From positions 1 to 64,000 of the forward strand of contig RDOB01000001.1 in the NCBI GenBank assembly GCA_011364965.1: 64,000 nt of DNA. The letters run 5' to 3'. Position 1 is the stretch's first letter. Each line of letters starts with the position of its first letter. The notes beneath the pieces are model-generated. The model did no database searches, was not told the DNA's origin, and saw nothing but the letters and a program-made list of their open reading frames with translations. The translations under genes and the position numbers were made by a program. The stretch is from Candidatus Heimdallarchaeota archaeon (GTDB taxonomy: Archaea > Asgardarchaeota > Heimdallarchaeia > Hodarchaeales > Hodarchaeaceae). This document shows positions 39,315-48,077 of this stretch, piece by piece.

Positions 39315-40565
39315 ATGGATTCGGATATTCCTTCTTCAAGATTTGATAGACAGGAGCGCCTATCACTCTGGGATCAAAAATTAATTGAAAAAATAACGGT
39401 TTTAGTCGTTGGTGTTGGAGGTACAGGGAGTGAAGTATGTAAGAATTTATCTTTACTAGGGATTGGTAAATTGATTCTTGTAGATGTTGATTCTATAGAA
39501 TATTCCAATTTAAATCGCCAAATGCTTTTTAGCAAAGAAGATATCGGACAAAATAAAGCTGAAGTAGCTAAAGTAAGGATACTCCATCACTTTAATCCTG
39601 AATTAGAGGTAGAAGTATTTCCTTTTTATGTCCAAGAAATACCTGATAAAACTTTTGAATCGGTGGATGTCATTGCAGGATGCGTAGATAACTATTTAGC
39701 TAGACAATTTCTGAATTCAATAGCTATTGAACATCGAATTCCTTTAATAGATTCAGCAACTGATGGCTATTTAGGCCAAGTACAATCTATTATACCATTT
39801 CAAACTGCTTGCTTAGCATGTGATAATCCTCCTCCACCACAAGAAACTCAAGTTTTAATGGAACCATGTTCAATAGTGGGCGTTCCAAGATCCCGTGAAC
39901 ATTGTGCTTGGAAAGCTCTTTACGAATTTAATACATTATTCAATCGGAAACCAAATGAGACTGAAAAAGATCTGGAAAAATTAACTCAATTGGCCAACGA
40001 ATACACAGAAAGGTATAATTTTGGAAAATTTGAGAGAAAAGAATTATTGCAATTGATTATGTTTCATGTGCCAAGCCTTATCACGGTGAACGCTGTAACC
40101 AGTGGAATTCAAACTCAAGAGATTATAAAAACGATTTTTTCGATTAAACGGAGGGAGCTAAGAAAATCAGAAAGGTTAGCCTTGCAGCAATTAGAAACCT
40201 TAACAAGATTCAAAATTCCAAGTTTGTCCATTTATTCAGCATTAACAGGAACTCTAAATACATTTGATCTTGTTCAGGATCCAGAATGTACTGTATGCGG
40301 AAATATGTCCAATTTAACCCAAAAAATTGAAAAAATAAAGATAAATAAGAAAAATTCCTTGAAAACAATAATAAATGGTTTTTCAGAGAAGTTTAATAAG
40401 GAATTTATAGCTTTTAAAGGAAATTCGGTTCTACAAGAGGATAGATCATTAGAATCGTTATTGAGGGATGGAGATCGCATTACACTTAGTTCTAAAGAGG
40501 ATGAGCAAGAATTTAGAGTACGTATAACTTTTACTCCCCCAAGAAAACAAAGAAAGAAAGAATAG
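39315..40565 (+). CDS. Ubiquitin-activating enzyme E1 (UBA3/ThiF-like with catalytic Cys domain and C-terminal UFD-like region)
   Basis: RFDRQ, GVGGTG.E, DVD.IE.SNLNRQ, KA, CVDN..AR, CLAC, catalytic PCSIVGVPRSREHC, CTVC. Confidence 0.93.
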   Translation: MDSDIPSSRFDRQERLSLWDQKLIEKITVLVVGVGGTGSEVCKNLSLLGIGKLILVDVDSIEYSNLNRQMLFSKEDIGQNKAEVAKVRILHHFNPELEVEVFPFYVQEIPDKTFESVDVIAGCVDNYLARQFLNSIAIEHRIPLIDSATDGYLGQVQSIIPFQTACLACDNPPPPQETQVLMEPCSIVGVPRSREHCAWKALYEFNTLFNRKPNETEKDLEKLTQLANEYTERYNFGKFERKELLQLIMFHVPSLITVNAVTSGIQTQEIIKTIFSIKRRELRKSERLALQQLETLTRFKIPSLSIYSALTGTLNTFDLVQDPECTVCGNMSNLTQKIEKIKINKKNSLKTIINGFSEKFNKEFIAFKGNSVLQEDRSLESLLRDGDRITLSSKEDEQEFRVRITFTPPRKQRKKE

Positions 40566-40579
40566 GAAAAATCTAAAAG

Positions 40580-40906
40580 TTATCTTTTATAAAATACTTT
40601 GATTCGATTTCTTTTGATCGGTAATATCACAGGGATATCAGGATTCAAATATGGTTCCTTATATCCTCCATCTACTTCCTTCTCGGCCGTCAATTGTTCA
40701 TACAATTGCTTCATAACTTGGTCTCTTGACATGGAAGGTAAAATAGATTTCTTGGGATATCTTGAACCTTTCTGAGCGTAATTCCTCTCAATTTTTACAT
40801 TTCTGCGACCACATTTTGGGCAATACCAAACCCCTGATTTAGGAACTTGACGAGGATTATATCCGCAATTACTACATTTGAGATCTGGATTGGACATTAA
40901 TATCAT
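40580..40906 (-). CDS. Zn-ribbon protein
   Basis: CSNCG...WYCPKCG. Confidence 0.65.
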   Translation of the reverse strand: MILMSNPDLKCSNCGYNPRQVPKSGVWYCPKCGRRNVKIERNYAQKGSRYPKKSILPSMSRDQVMKQLYEQLTAEKEVDGGYKEPYLNPDIPVILPIKRNRIKVFYKR

Positions 40907-41079
40907 AATCCATTATTGGTTTAAAATTCAGTTTATTCTTTGAGCTTTCAATATAATATTAACTTATAGATAGCTCCATTTAAAATTCTACTAATTATAT
41001 TGATAAATCACTCATTATTGCCAATCTCAGTTTAAATTAGACTTAAGAAAATCTAATCTTACTTGTAAAAGGGACTGCA

Positions 41080-42828
41080 ATGCTTAAGCGGAAATTGAAA
41101 TCATGGTTGAAACTGGCTTCTGCTTCAAATGAACCTCTTACACTCCATGATTTCTCTGAAGCTAATATTGAAATTCTTGCAGATTTTTTAAGACATAAGA
41201 TTGGATCTAAGGAACTTAATGGAATTGTTACTCCTGATAATTCGTTTTATATACCAATGAAATATATAGACGCATTAATAACGAGTAGTTTAGAATCTAA
41301 TGGTACTATAGACATTTGTGATTTAATAGATGCTACCAATTTACCAGGAGAAATTTTAGAAAGCGTTATTCGTAGAAAAGTAAGCCAAATAGATGGATTC
41401 TTTGATGTAATAAATAGAAAATTCTTCACTAAAAAAGGCGCAAGACTAGAATTACTCAAATTGATCGGTAGTACTCTTTCTTTGGATTTAAATTATCTAT
41501 TGAATAGCCTTTATTGGACACAAGATTATCTTGAAGCAGTTTTAAATATGCTAACACAAAATGGCGAGTTTATAGGTTATATTGATCCTTTAAAACAGCG
41601 ATTATACAATTTCACGATTCTCAATTTCAGTTTAAATCAAGATTTTGATAGAAATCTCGAATCGATGAGAAAATTCATACAAACAAATTTTGATCTAAAT
41701 TCAGAGGTATCATTAAAAGATTTAGCAGGATTAACACGATTATCTGAAACTGAAATCAGAGATCTATTGAGAAAACATTGCAAAAATATCACTTTTTTGT
41801 TTTCCTCTGATTTCAAAAATATCTATAACGTATTAGAAATCTTTGGGTATGTATTAAGAGACATTCATGTTTATAATGAAATTCCTATTGAATTTTGGTT
41901 ACAAAGATTAGACATTGATAAAAACGATTTTATGACTTTCCTAAGGGTAATAAATCAGAGTTTGGGAGCTGAGCTTTCAGAAAAGGAATTAAAATCGAAC
42001 CCAATTGAAAATTGGTTCAATCAGGGTATAGATATCGAAGAATTAGCCCTGAAGCTACATTTGGAACCTTTACAACTGCTAACGGAGATCAAAAAATTCT
42101 CAGATCAACTAGGGTTGATTTTAATAACAGGGGAATTTAGAGATCCTTTTTTAATTAAAGGTATAGAGGAATTTGAGATTTTTTGCCAAGTTGATACATC
42201 TATTCATCACAATCCTCAATTATATTTTGAATGTCAAAATTGTCGACGAATAATGTGCTCAAATTGCCGTTCTTCAGGAAGCACACATGTCTGTCCGTTC
42301 TGTGGGAATATTTCAGCATTTATTATCGATCTTCCAAGGCATTGCCAAACCTGTGAGTTGAACTACACCCATTCATTTAATTTAGAGAGTACCGAAGAAT
42401 GTTATTTTTGTAAAAAAGGTCCCTTAAAATCTGGATGGATTGAAAAAAAGGAAATTTTGTACCCTGAAACAGAATTGGACCGAAAATTACTTGAATGGTT
42501 AAACACCGTAAGAAATGAAAGAATTCCTCTTCGTGAAATAATTTCGAACCTTGGAGCTCCTGATCGTGTAGTTATTGAACTACTAGAAACCCATATACTC
42601 TCTAGCAAGGTTAGTGGAAAGATTGATATTAAAGATCTAACTCTTAATAGGAAGGGAGAAAAAAAAGGTGTTTTATGTAGTATATGTGAAACTATACAAC
42701 CAGAGGGAAATGAGTATTATTGTAATTTCTGTAAAACCACTATTTGCATAAATTGCTACAATAAGATGAAATCCGTTGGAATGATTTCGTGCACGGAGTG
42801 TGGAAGCGAGTTGGTGAAATTTAACTAA
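41080..42828 (+). CDS. Multi winged-helix/PCI protein with internal Zn fingers and C-terminal C4C4 RING-like finger; candidate E3 ligase
   Basis: Repeated wHTH units (G.I..D..F/Y, IGYID, SGKID), a CxxC cluster, and C-terminal CxxC-x11-CxxC-x4-CxxC-x11-CxxC. Confidence 0.7.
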   Translation: MLKRKLKSWLKLASASNEPLTLHDFSEANIEILADFLRHKIGSKELNGIVTPDNSFYIPMKYIDALITSSLESNGTIDICDLIDATNLPGEILESVIRRKVSQIDGFFDVINRKFFTKKGARLELLKLIGSTLSLDLNYLLNSLYWTQDYLEAVLNMLTQNGEFIGYIDPLKQRLYNFTILNFSLNQDFDRNLESMRKFIQTNFDLNSEVSLKDLAGLTRLSETEIRDLLRKHCKNITFLFSSDFKNIYNVLEIFGYVLRDIHVYNEIPIEFWLQRLDIDKNDFMTFLRVINQSLGAELSEKELKSNPIENWFNQGIDIEELALKLHLEPLQLLTEIKKFSDQLGLILITGEFRDPFLIKGIEEFEIFCQVDTSIHHNPQLYFECQNCRRIMCSNCRSSGSTHVCPFCGNISAFIIDLPRHCQTCELNYTHSFNLESTEECYFCKKGPLKSGWIEKKEILYPETELDRKLLEWLNTVRNERIPLREIISNLGAPDRVVIELLETHILSSKVSGKIDIKDLTLNRKGEKKGVLCSICETIQPEGNEYYCNFCKTTICINCYNKMKSVGMISCTECGSELVKFN

Positions 42829-42832
42829 AATA

Positions 42833-43735
42833 TTACTCAGAGGTTTTAGATTTATATTGGGCAAGCTTTTGGGCATATTTATCCGATAATTCCTTATAAC
42901 TTTCTTCAGATAATTTCCCACTTAGAAACATCTCATCAGCTTGCTCCAACATATGTTCGTACTTAGAAATTTTAGCTGAAACGTCATCGAATGATTTTCG
43001 CTCCTCATCAAGTTCTCTTTGAGTTTCTAATACTTGTTTTTCAACCTCATATGCTAGTAGTGTTTGATATTCTTCAGGGACTTTAAAACCTCCAATTTCA
43101 AGACCCACTAATTCTAATCCCCAGCGAGATGTTTCTGGTGCCAGTTCGGATCTGGTCTGTATTGTTAAACTCCTTCTCTCCCTCAAAAGATCGGAAACGG
43201 TATAACGCGACATAATGTGTTTCACAGCTGCAATAATCGTTTGCTTTATCCAATTTCTTAACTCCTCACTTGTATAGTAGTGCTTATGTGAGACAACATT
43301 CATAATAAAGTTCCTTGGATTAACAACTCGTAATCTGGATATTCCATAGCATCCAATCATTATATTATCAATTGTATATACCCCAGGTGAACCCCACTTA
43401 ACTAGAAACTCTCCCTTGGTAATCCAAATGATTTCACCTCCAGGCCGTTTAGCTGTTTTGTCTAATTCATAAATTCCACTCCCAGCAACACCAACTAAGG
43501 CTCCTGATTGCAATAGGACAGCAGCTTCAAGCTCTTTAACGATAAATCCATCAAATTTTCGAAAACTATCGTACTCATCAGATTTTAATCTTGAAATAAG
43601 CGATTCTTGTCCGAATTCAGAGGAGAGAATAGTTTTTCCTTTAAACTTTTTCGTCCCGATATGCACTGTATCTCCAATTCGTTTGAATAAACCCCCAAAT
43701 TTTTCTGTTTCCGCCATTTGAGTTCCACCTACCAA
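42833..43735 (-). CDS. SPFH/band-7 domain protein with C-terminal coiled coil and short helical module
   Basis: IVKE.EAAV....G, KWG, G.YG...RV.NP..F, WGLELVGLEI..F.VPE. Confidence 0.8.
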   Translation of the reverse strand: MVGGTQMAETEKFGGLFKRIGDTVHIGTKKFKGKTILSSEFGQESLISRLKSDEYDSFRKFDGFIVKELEAAVLLQSGALVGVAGSGIYELDKTAKRPGGEIIWITKGEFLVKWGSPGVYTIDNIMIGCYGISRLRVVNPRNFIMNVVSHKHYYTSEELRNWIKQTIIAAVKHIMSRYTVSDLLRERRSLTIQTRSELAPETSRWGLELVGLEIGGFKVPEEYQTLLAYEVEKQVLETQRELDEERKSFDDVSAKISKYEHMLEQADEMFLSGKLSEESYKELSDKYAQKLAQYKSKTSE

Positions 43736-44715
43736 TTATCGTCTCCATATATTCCTGGAAAGTAATACTGATCCCCTGTATCTAATGAGCTCACCTTTCG
43801 TGCGATTTTTTGATTTATCAAACTCTCCAACACTCTTGTTACTCTTTGGTGATCCCATTTTGTTTTGATCATGATTTCTTCAATTGTGACATAACCCTTG
43901 TTTACAGCTAAATTGAAGATCTTACTTGCATCATTAGTCAAAGAAACTGGTGTAAATTCTATTATTTTAACACCAGAACGCTTTGATATATCTTCAATTA
44001 GACCATCATCCTTTAAATTCTTACAAGATTTTTCTAAATCTTTAATTGAGAATTCCACATCTGGAACTTGGCTTTTCAACTTGGTGTATAAATTTGCAAG
44101 GGTAATATACCCACCTGAACTAGCTGGAAGTTTTTTACCCTGTTCGAGTATTAAATCCCCAAGAAATTCCTCGAATTTCCCTTTTCCAAATAATTTGGGC
44201 TTTTTACTTGCATCAAGCGCAGTTACAGTTAAAGAAAGTCCTTCTTTGCGAATTAACTCTTCCTCTAACTGCTTTATCCGCTTCTCATATTTTTTCTGTA
44301 AATCTTTAATGTTTTTTGTTGAAACTGAGGCACCATTGGCCAGTTTTTGCTGAACTTGAATGATTTCATCAAGCTGTTGGATTTGTTCATTAAGTTCCCG
44401 GAGTTCCCCCCGAACATCCAAATTTTCTTCTCCAAAATCAATAGATTCTGATAACTGAATACACTGGTCTGCTATTCTATCACAGATGATTGATGATAGT
44501 AATTGAGCAACACGGATTTCACCACTCATTTTTAAATTAGATTTGGTATTATCTGGATGAATAATATAATCAGGAATGGATTCACTTGCGTAACGGATCT
44601 CATCAAATTTTGATATAATCTTTAAGATTAGATCAGATGCACTCCTAGCATTAGAAGAAATACTGCTATTTAATGTTATTAATGAGTCACTAGCCTTAAG
44701 AAAGAATTCTTTCAT
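43729..44715 (-). CDS. ESCRT-II Vps22/Vps36 (EAP30) homologue with N-terminal coiled coil
   Basis: GGYITL..LY, S..DL..SC..L, P..LT.D...I..LA...GYVT...W...R....L..L, YYFPG. Confidence 0.88.
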   Translation of the reverse strand: MKEFFLKASDSLITLNSSISSNARSASDLILKIISKFDEIRYASESIPDYIIHPDNTKSNLKMSGEIRVAQLLSSIICDRIADQCIQLSESIDFGEENLDVRGELRELNEQIQQLDEIIQVQQKLANGASVSTKNIKDLQKKYEKRIKQLEEELIRKEGLSLTVTALDASKKPKLFGKGKFEEFLGDLILEQGKKLPASSGGYITLANLYTKLKSQVPDVEFSIKDLEKSCKNLKDDGLIEDISKRSGVKIIEFTPVSLTNDASKIFNLAVNKGYVTIEEIMIKTKWDHQRVTRVLESLINQKIARKVSSLDTGDQYYFPGIYGDDNW

Positions 44716-44990
44716 TAGTAATTTCCCCAGAATGAGAAGATACTTGATTTTAGAGGAGAATTCTATGTTCTACCTCTATTTGCATTTGCTACGTTTTCTG
44801 GCTTTTTAAAGTTTTATATGCGGGACTTGTTTAATTCCTTCTTAATGGTTTTTATGCTTTTTGGATTAGACTCCTATTAAATAATATGAATTGGTGCATT
44901 TATTTTTTTATTTTTGAGATAATATAGATTTTAAATTGCTATTGAGTTCGCACAGACCCTTAATTCAACCTGTTAATACTCATATAGAGT

Positions 44991-45488
44991 TTAGAGAGGA
45001 TCTTGGGAGACTTTTTTAGCCATTAGGTAAGCAGATTCGAAATCGCGATAATAATGACGAATTTCTTTCAAAATTTCATATCCTAAGGTTTTATAAAGAT
45101 TAACTGCTGCAGAATTAGATACTCGAACCTCAAGATATAGCTCAGTTGCCCCCTGTTGAATCATCGCTTCCATAGATTTTTTCAATAAATAAGTAGCAAT
45201 TCCTCGATGTCGAAATTTTGGTTTAACAGCGATACTTACTGTATGCCCCTTTTTAGCGCGATGAAATATTGAAAAATAACTCAAACCGCTTTCTAATCTT
45301 GCCATGGTGTATCCGACGATTTCAGATCCGATTTGACAGACTATAAAGGCAGAGGGTAGTTCTGCATAGATTGTTCGAAAAAAACGTTCAGGGTAATTCT
45401 CCGGAAGAGTTTGATGATTTATTTCCATAACTTGTTCAAGATCAGCTAATTCAAATTTCCTGATTACAATTGGAGATTGTTCCGTCAT
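44991..45488 (-). CDS. ard1: N-terminal acetyltransferase (archaeal Ard1/Naa10-like GNAT)
   Basis: IN..TLPENY, GHTVSIAV...RHRGIAT, LEVRVSN..A..LY, YY.D.E.AY.M. Confidence 0.92.
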   Translation of the reverse strand: MTEQSPIVIRKFELADLEQVMEINHQTLPENYPERFFRTIYAELPSAFIVCQIGSEIVGYTMARLESGLSYFSIFHRAKKGHTVSIAVKPKFRHRGIATYLLKKSMEAMIQQGATELYLEVRVSNSAAVNLYKTLGYEILKEIRHYYRDFESAYLMAKKVSQDPL

Positions 45489-45661
45489 AATAGTCCCTTT
45501 TCTTTCGCCAATTCTTTCATTCGTCTACGATAGCCAGCATATTTATCGTGTAAAGAAAATCTTGGAGGAGAAGCGTTCATAAACCTTTCATTACATTTTT
45601 CACAGACTGTACGGTCTGGATCAATAGTGTAACTACATTCACATTTCTTTAATAGACGCAT
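45485..45661 (-). CDS. nop10: H/ACA RNP subunit Nop10 (58 aa, absent from the ORF track)
   Basis: Manual translation MRLLKKCECSYTIDPDRTVCEKCNERFMNASPPRFSLHDKYAGYRRRMKELAKEKGLL; PPRFS..DKY..YRR motif; follows aIF2a. Confidence 0.92.
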   Translation of the reverse strand: MRLLKKCECSYTIDPDRTVCEKCNERFMNASPPRFSLHDKYAGYRRRMKELAKEKGLL

Positions 45662-45684
45662 GAAAACCCCTGAAAATAATGAAT

Positions 45685-46470
45685 TTATATCCTTTCAAAT
45701 GACATTTCAGCTTGAAAAGGTTTGAATTTTTTAATAATTTGATCCTGTAAATCTTTCCAAAGAGATTCGGCCTTCTTCCAATCCTCACTTTCGATCGTAC
45801 AACGGTATTCGGGAGGTGAAATGATTTGCAATCCTATTTTTGAATTCATATGCTTTTTCTGAAAGTTCTTAAAATAAGACGAAAAAAAATCCCTAATTCT
45901 TACAGCTCCATCAGGTTCATAACATGTAAGTTTAATAGTTCCATGTAATTCAACTAGAGATGGTTCCAATTCTTTAATAGCTAATTGGTGAATCTCATTT
46001 GCAGCTTCCTTTTGTACCCCCTTATCAATTAGAAGCTTAGCTTCTTCCTCTCTTGCTCTTAGTAAACCCTCATAAATTGAACCAAAATTAGAAAGAAGAA
46101 TTTTCTCAACAGATTCAGTAGAGATTCCTACTTTTTCACAAGCGACTGCAACAATTCCGCGAGCACGATTCTCTTGTTTGAACTCATTTAACTTCTGTCG
46201 ACGTTGAGGTTCAGAGACCCGCCGAATTGACATATCGATTTCTCCCCTCTTTTCATCAATACGGAGTATTTTGGCCACAGCTTTTTGCCCTTCGCGGATA
46301 TGGCTTCTAATATTTCGAACCCAAGTTCGACTTAACTCCGAAATATGAACAAATCCTGCTTCAGAACCGAGGATTTCATAGTCAAATATTTCGAAATATG
46401 CTCCATGATCAGTTAATTTAGAGCACGTTCCTATTACTAACTCTCCAACTTCGGGGAACTTTGAATCCAT
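45685..46470 (-). CDS. eif2a: Translation initiation factor 2 alpha subunit
   Basis: PEVGELVIGT, S1 domain HISELS..WVRNIR, IDMS.RRV, PP.YR. Confidence 0.95.
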   Translation of the reverse strand: MDSKFPEVGELVIGTCSKLTDHGAYFEIFDYEILGSEAGFVHISELSRTWVRNIRSHIREGQKAVAKILRIDEKRGEIDMSIRRVSEPQRRQKLNEFKQENRARGIVAVACEKVGISTESVEKILLSNFGSIYEGLLRAREEEAKLLIDKGVQKEAANEIHQLAIKELEPSLVELHGTIKLTCYEPDGAVRIRDFFSSYFKNFQKKHMNSKIGLQIISPPEYRCTIESEDWKKAESLWKDLQDQIIKKFKPFQAEMSFERI

Positions 46471-46483
46471 AGATTATCGCCTA

Positions 46484-46675
46484 TTACTGGTCTAAAACAT
46501 CAATTACTTCAGCATTGAGTCCAGCACGTCCAGATCGGGGCTCTGCTAAAACTTTTCCGCAAACACGGCACTCAACAATAGTGGTAGCATGAGTAAAAAC
46601 CTCTTGCACATTTCCACATTCGCATGTTACTTTTAAGAAATTTGAGCGGGGTTCAGGAATATACTTCTTTTTCAT
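46484..46675 (-). CDS. rps27e: 30S ribosomal protein S27e
   Basis: PRSNFLKV.C.CGN.Q.VF.HA...V.C.VCG..LAEP..G.A. Confidence 0.95.
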   Translation of the reverse strand: MKKKYIPEPRSNFLKVTCECGNVQEVFTHATTIVECRVCGKVLAEPRSGRAGLNAEVIDVLDQ

Positions 46676-47343
46676 TTTTGTTCACTTAAATTTAACTTTG
46701 CCTTATCTATTTCAACTAAACGGGCAACTAATTTCGCTATTAAAGCTTTAGCGTTCTCTTGGGGTAAGAAAGTTACATCAGTCTTCTTAAAGGGCCCATA
46801 TACATTATTATCCAATCCAACAAAACTCTCAACGTCCTCAAGGAACCGAATCATTATCTTTGGGGGAGAATCTATAAAATTCTCTTCAATATCCTCATTT
46901 ATTGTCGAATGTTCTATTGAATCAATGGACAATTCTATATTTGGAGAAATTTTTTCAAGATCTAAAATGTTTTCAGAATCATGGTACGGGTTCTCCAGAC
47001 CAAGGGCTTCTATTGAACGTTTAAGATTTGTGATTAGACGCTTCTCACCCCAAGTAAGTAGATTTTCACTAATTGGATTATTCGATAGAACTAGATCGGT
47101 AATTTTCCTTAAACGTATTCGAGCTAGATCTTTTCGCAGAAATTCTATCCTTTGTATCACCAATTCAGCGATTTCGGGCCATTCATTGGATGTAGAGTCA
47201 CTGTATAGTTTTGAAAGCTTCCCATCCAGAGATATATAAAGATCAGATGGTATTTCTAGTAATGAAGGACTTTCCCATTCTTGTTTCCACAATCTATAAA
47301 GCTCTTTATACTCCAAAGTCTTAATCCCATTCAAAAGAAACAA
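46672..47343 (-). CDS. gins15: GINS complex subunit Gins15/51
   Basis: Helical A domain (E...L..IP..LY, R.RKI, LT..EK) plus B domain IRFLEDV..FVG.D...YGPF...DV..LP.ENA..LI. Confidence 0.85.
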   Translation of the reverse strand: MFLLNGIKTLEYKELYRLWKQEWESPSLLEIPSDLYISLDGKLSKLYSDSTSNEWPEIAELVIQRIEFLRKDLARIRLRKITDLVLSNNPISENLLTWGEKRLITNLKRSIEALGLENPYHDSENILDLEKISPNIELSIDSIEHSTINEDIEENFIDSPPKIMIRFLEDVESFVGLDNNVYGPFKKTDVTFLPQENAKALIAKLVARLVEIDKAKLNLSEQK

Positions 47344-47735
47344 TAATAAAGATATTTATATTCCATTCTTTCATATACGAAGGCAATATGTCATAGAAAT
47401 GCCAAAGAAAAACAGAAATATTAAACTATATTAGCTAAATTAGCCTGTTTCTCAGAAGCTGAAAAATTTGATAAAATAAGTTGATAGGAATCTAAAATAA
47501 AGTAAATAAAGGGGATTCAAAGAATATTTCGTATTAATTTGTACTATTCAAGATAAATTATATTCTTTTACTTGTACGAGGCTTGGAAACCAGAATTGCA
47601 AAGAAAATGACTATTTTATGACAAGCTTTTTTATGATCTAATAGAATTGGAAAAGATGATAAATATGACAGAAAACAAGTAAAAACGACGTATATCCAAG
47701 CTTTATAGACTTCTTGTTGAAGTAATTCTTAGTAA

Positions 47736-47857
47736 GCCACTGTGGCTTAGTTTTTGTTTAGATAGCTTGAAAATTGAGCATCTAGCAAATAGAGCAACTC
47801 GGTTATAGCGCCTCCTTGGTAAGGAGGATGTCGGGGGTTCAAATCCCCCCAGTGGCT
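47736..47857 (+). tRNA. tRNA-Thr(GGT) with a 47-nt D-loop intron (47751-47797)
   Basis: Acceptor GCCACTG/CAGTGGC plus U73; anticodon arm CCTCC-TTGGTAA-GGAGG; T arm GGGGG-TTCAAAT-CCCCC. Removing the intron restores the D arm GCTTAG|CTCGGTTATAGC. Confidence 0.92.
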
Positions 47858-48077
47858 CTTTTTATCATGCATTATCATTTTTTTAAAAATGTAGATTTGT
47901 TCAAATTAGAATTGGTTCCGATTTTCCCACTAAATAACAAAATCTTAATATAGTAGAGCACTTTCTACCGATGTGTTTATCAAAATTTTCAATTCCAAAA
48001 TACCCTTGTGATTTTCTTCCTATCTTCTGAATGATTAGCATTATAAATTAAAGTTACAATATGGAGATTTCTTTCTA

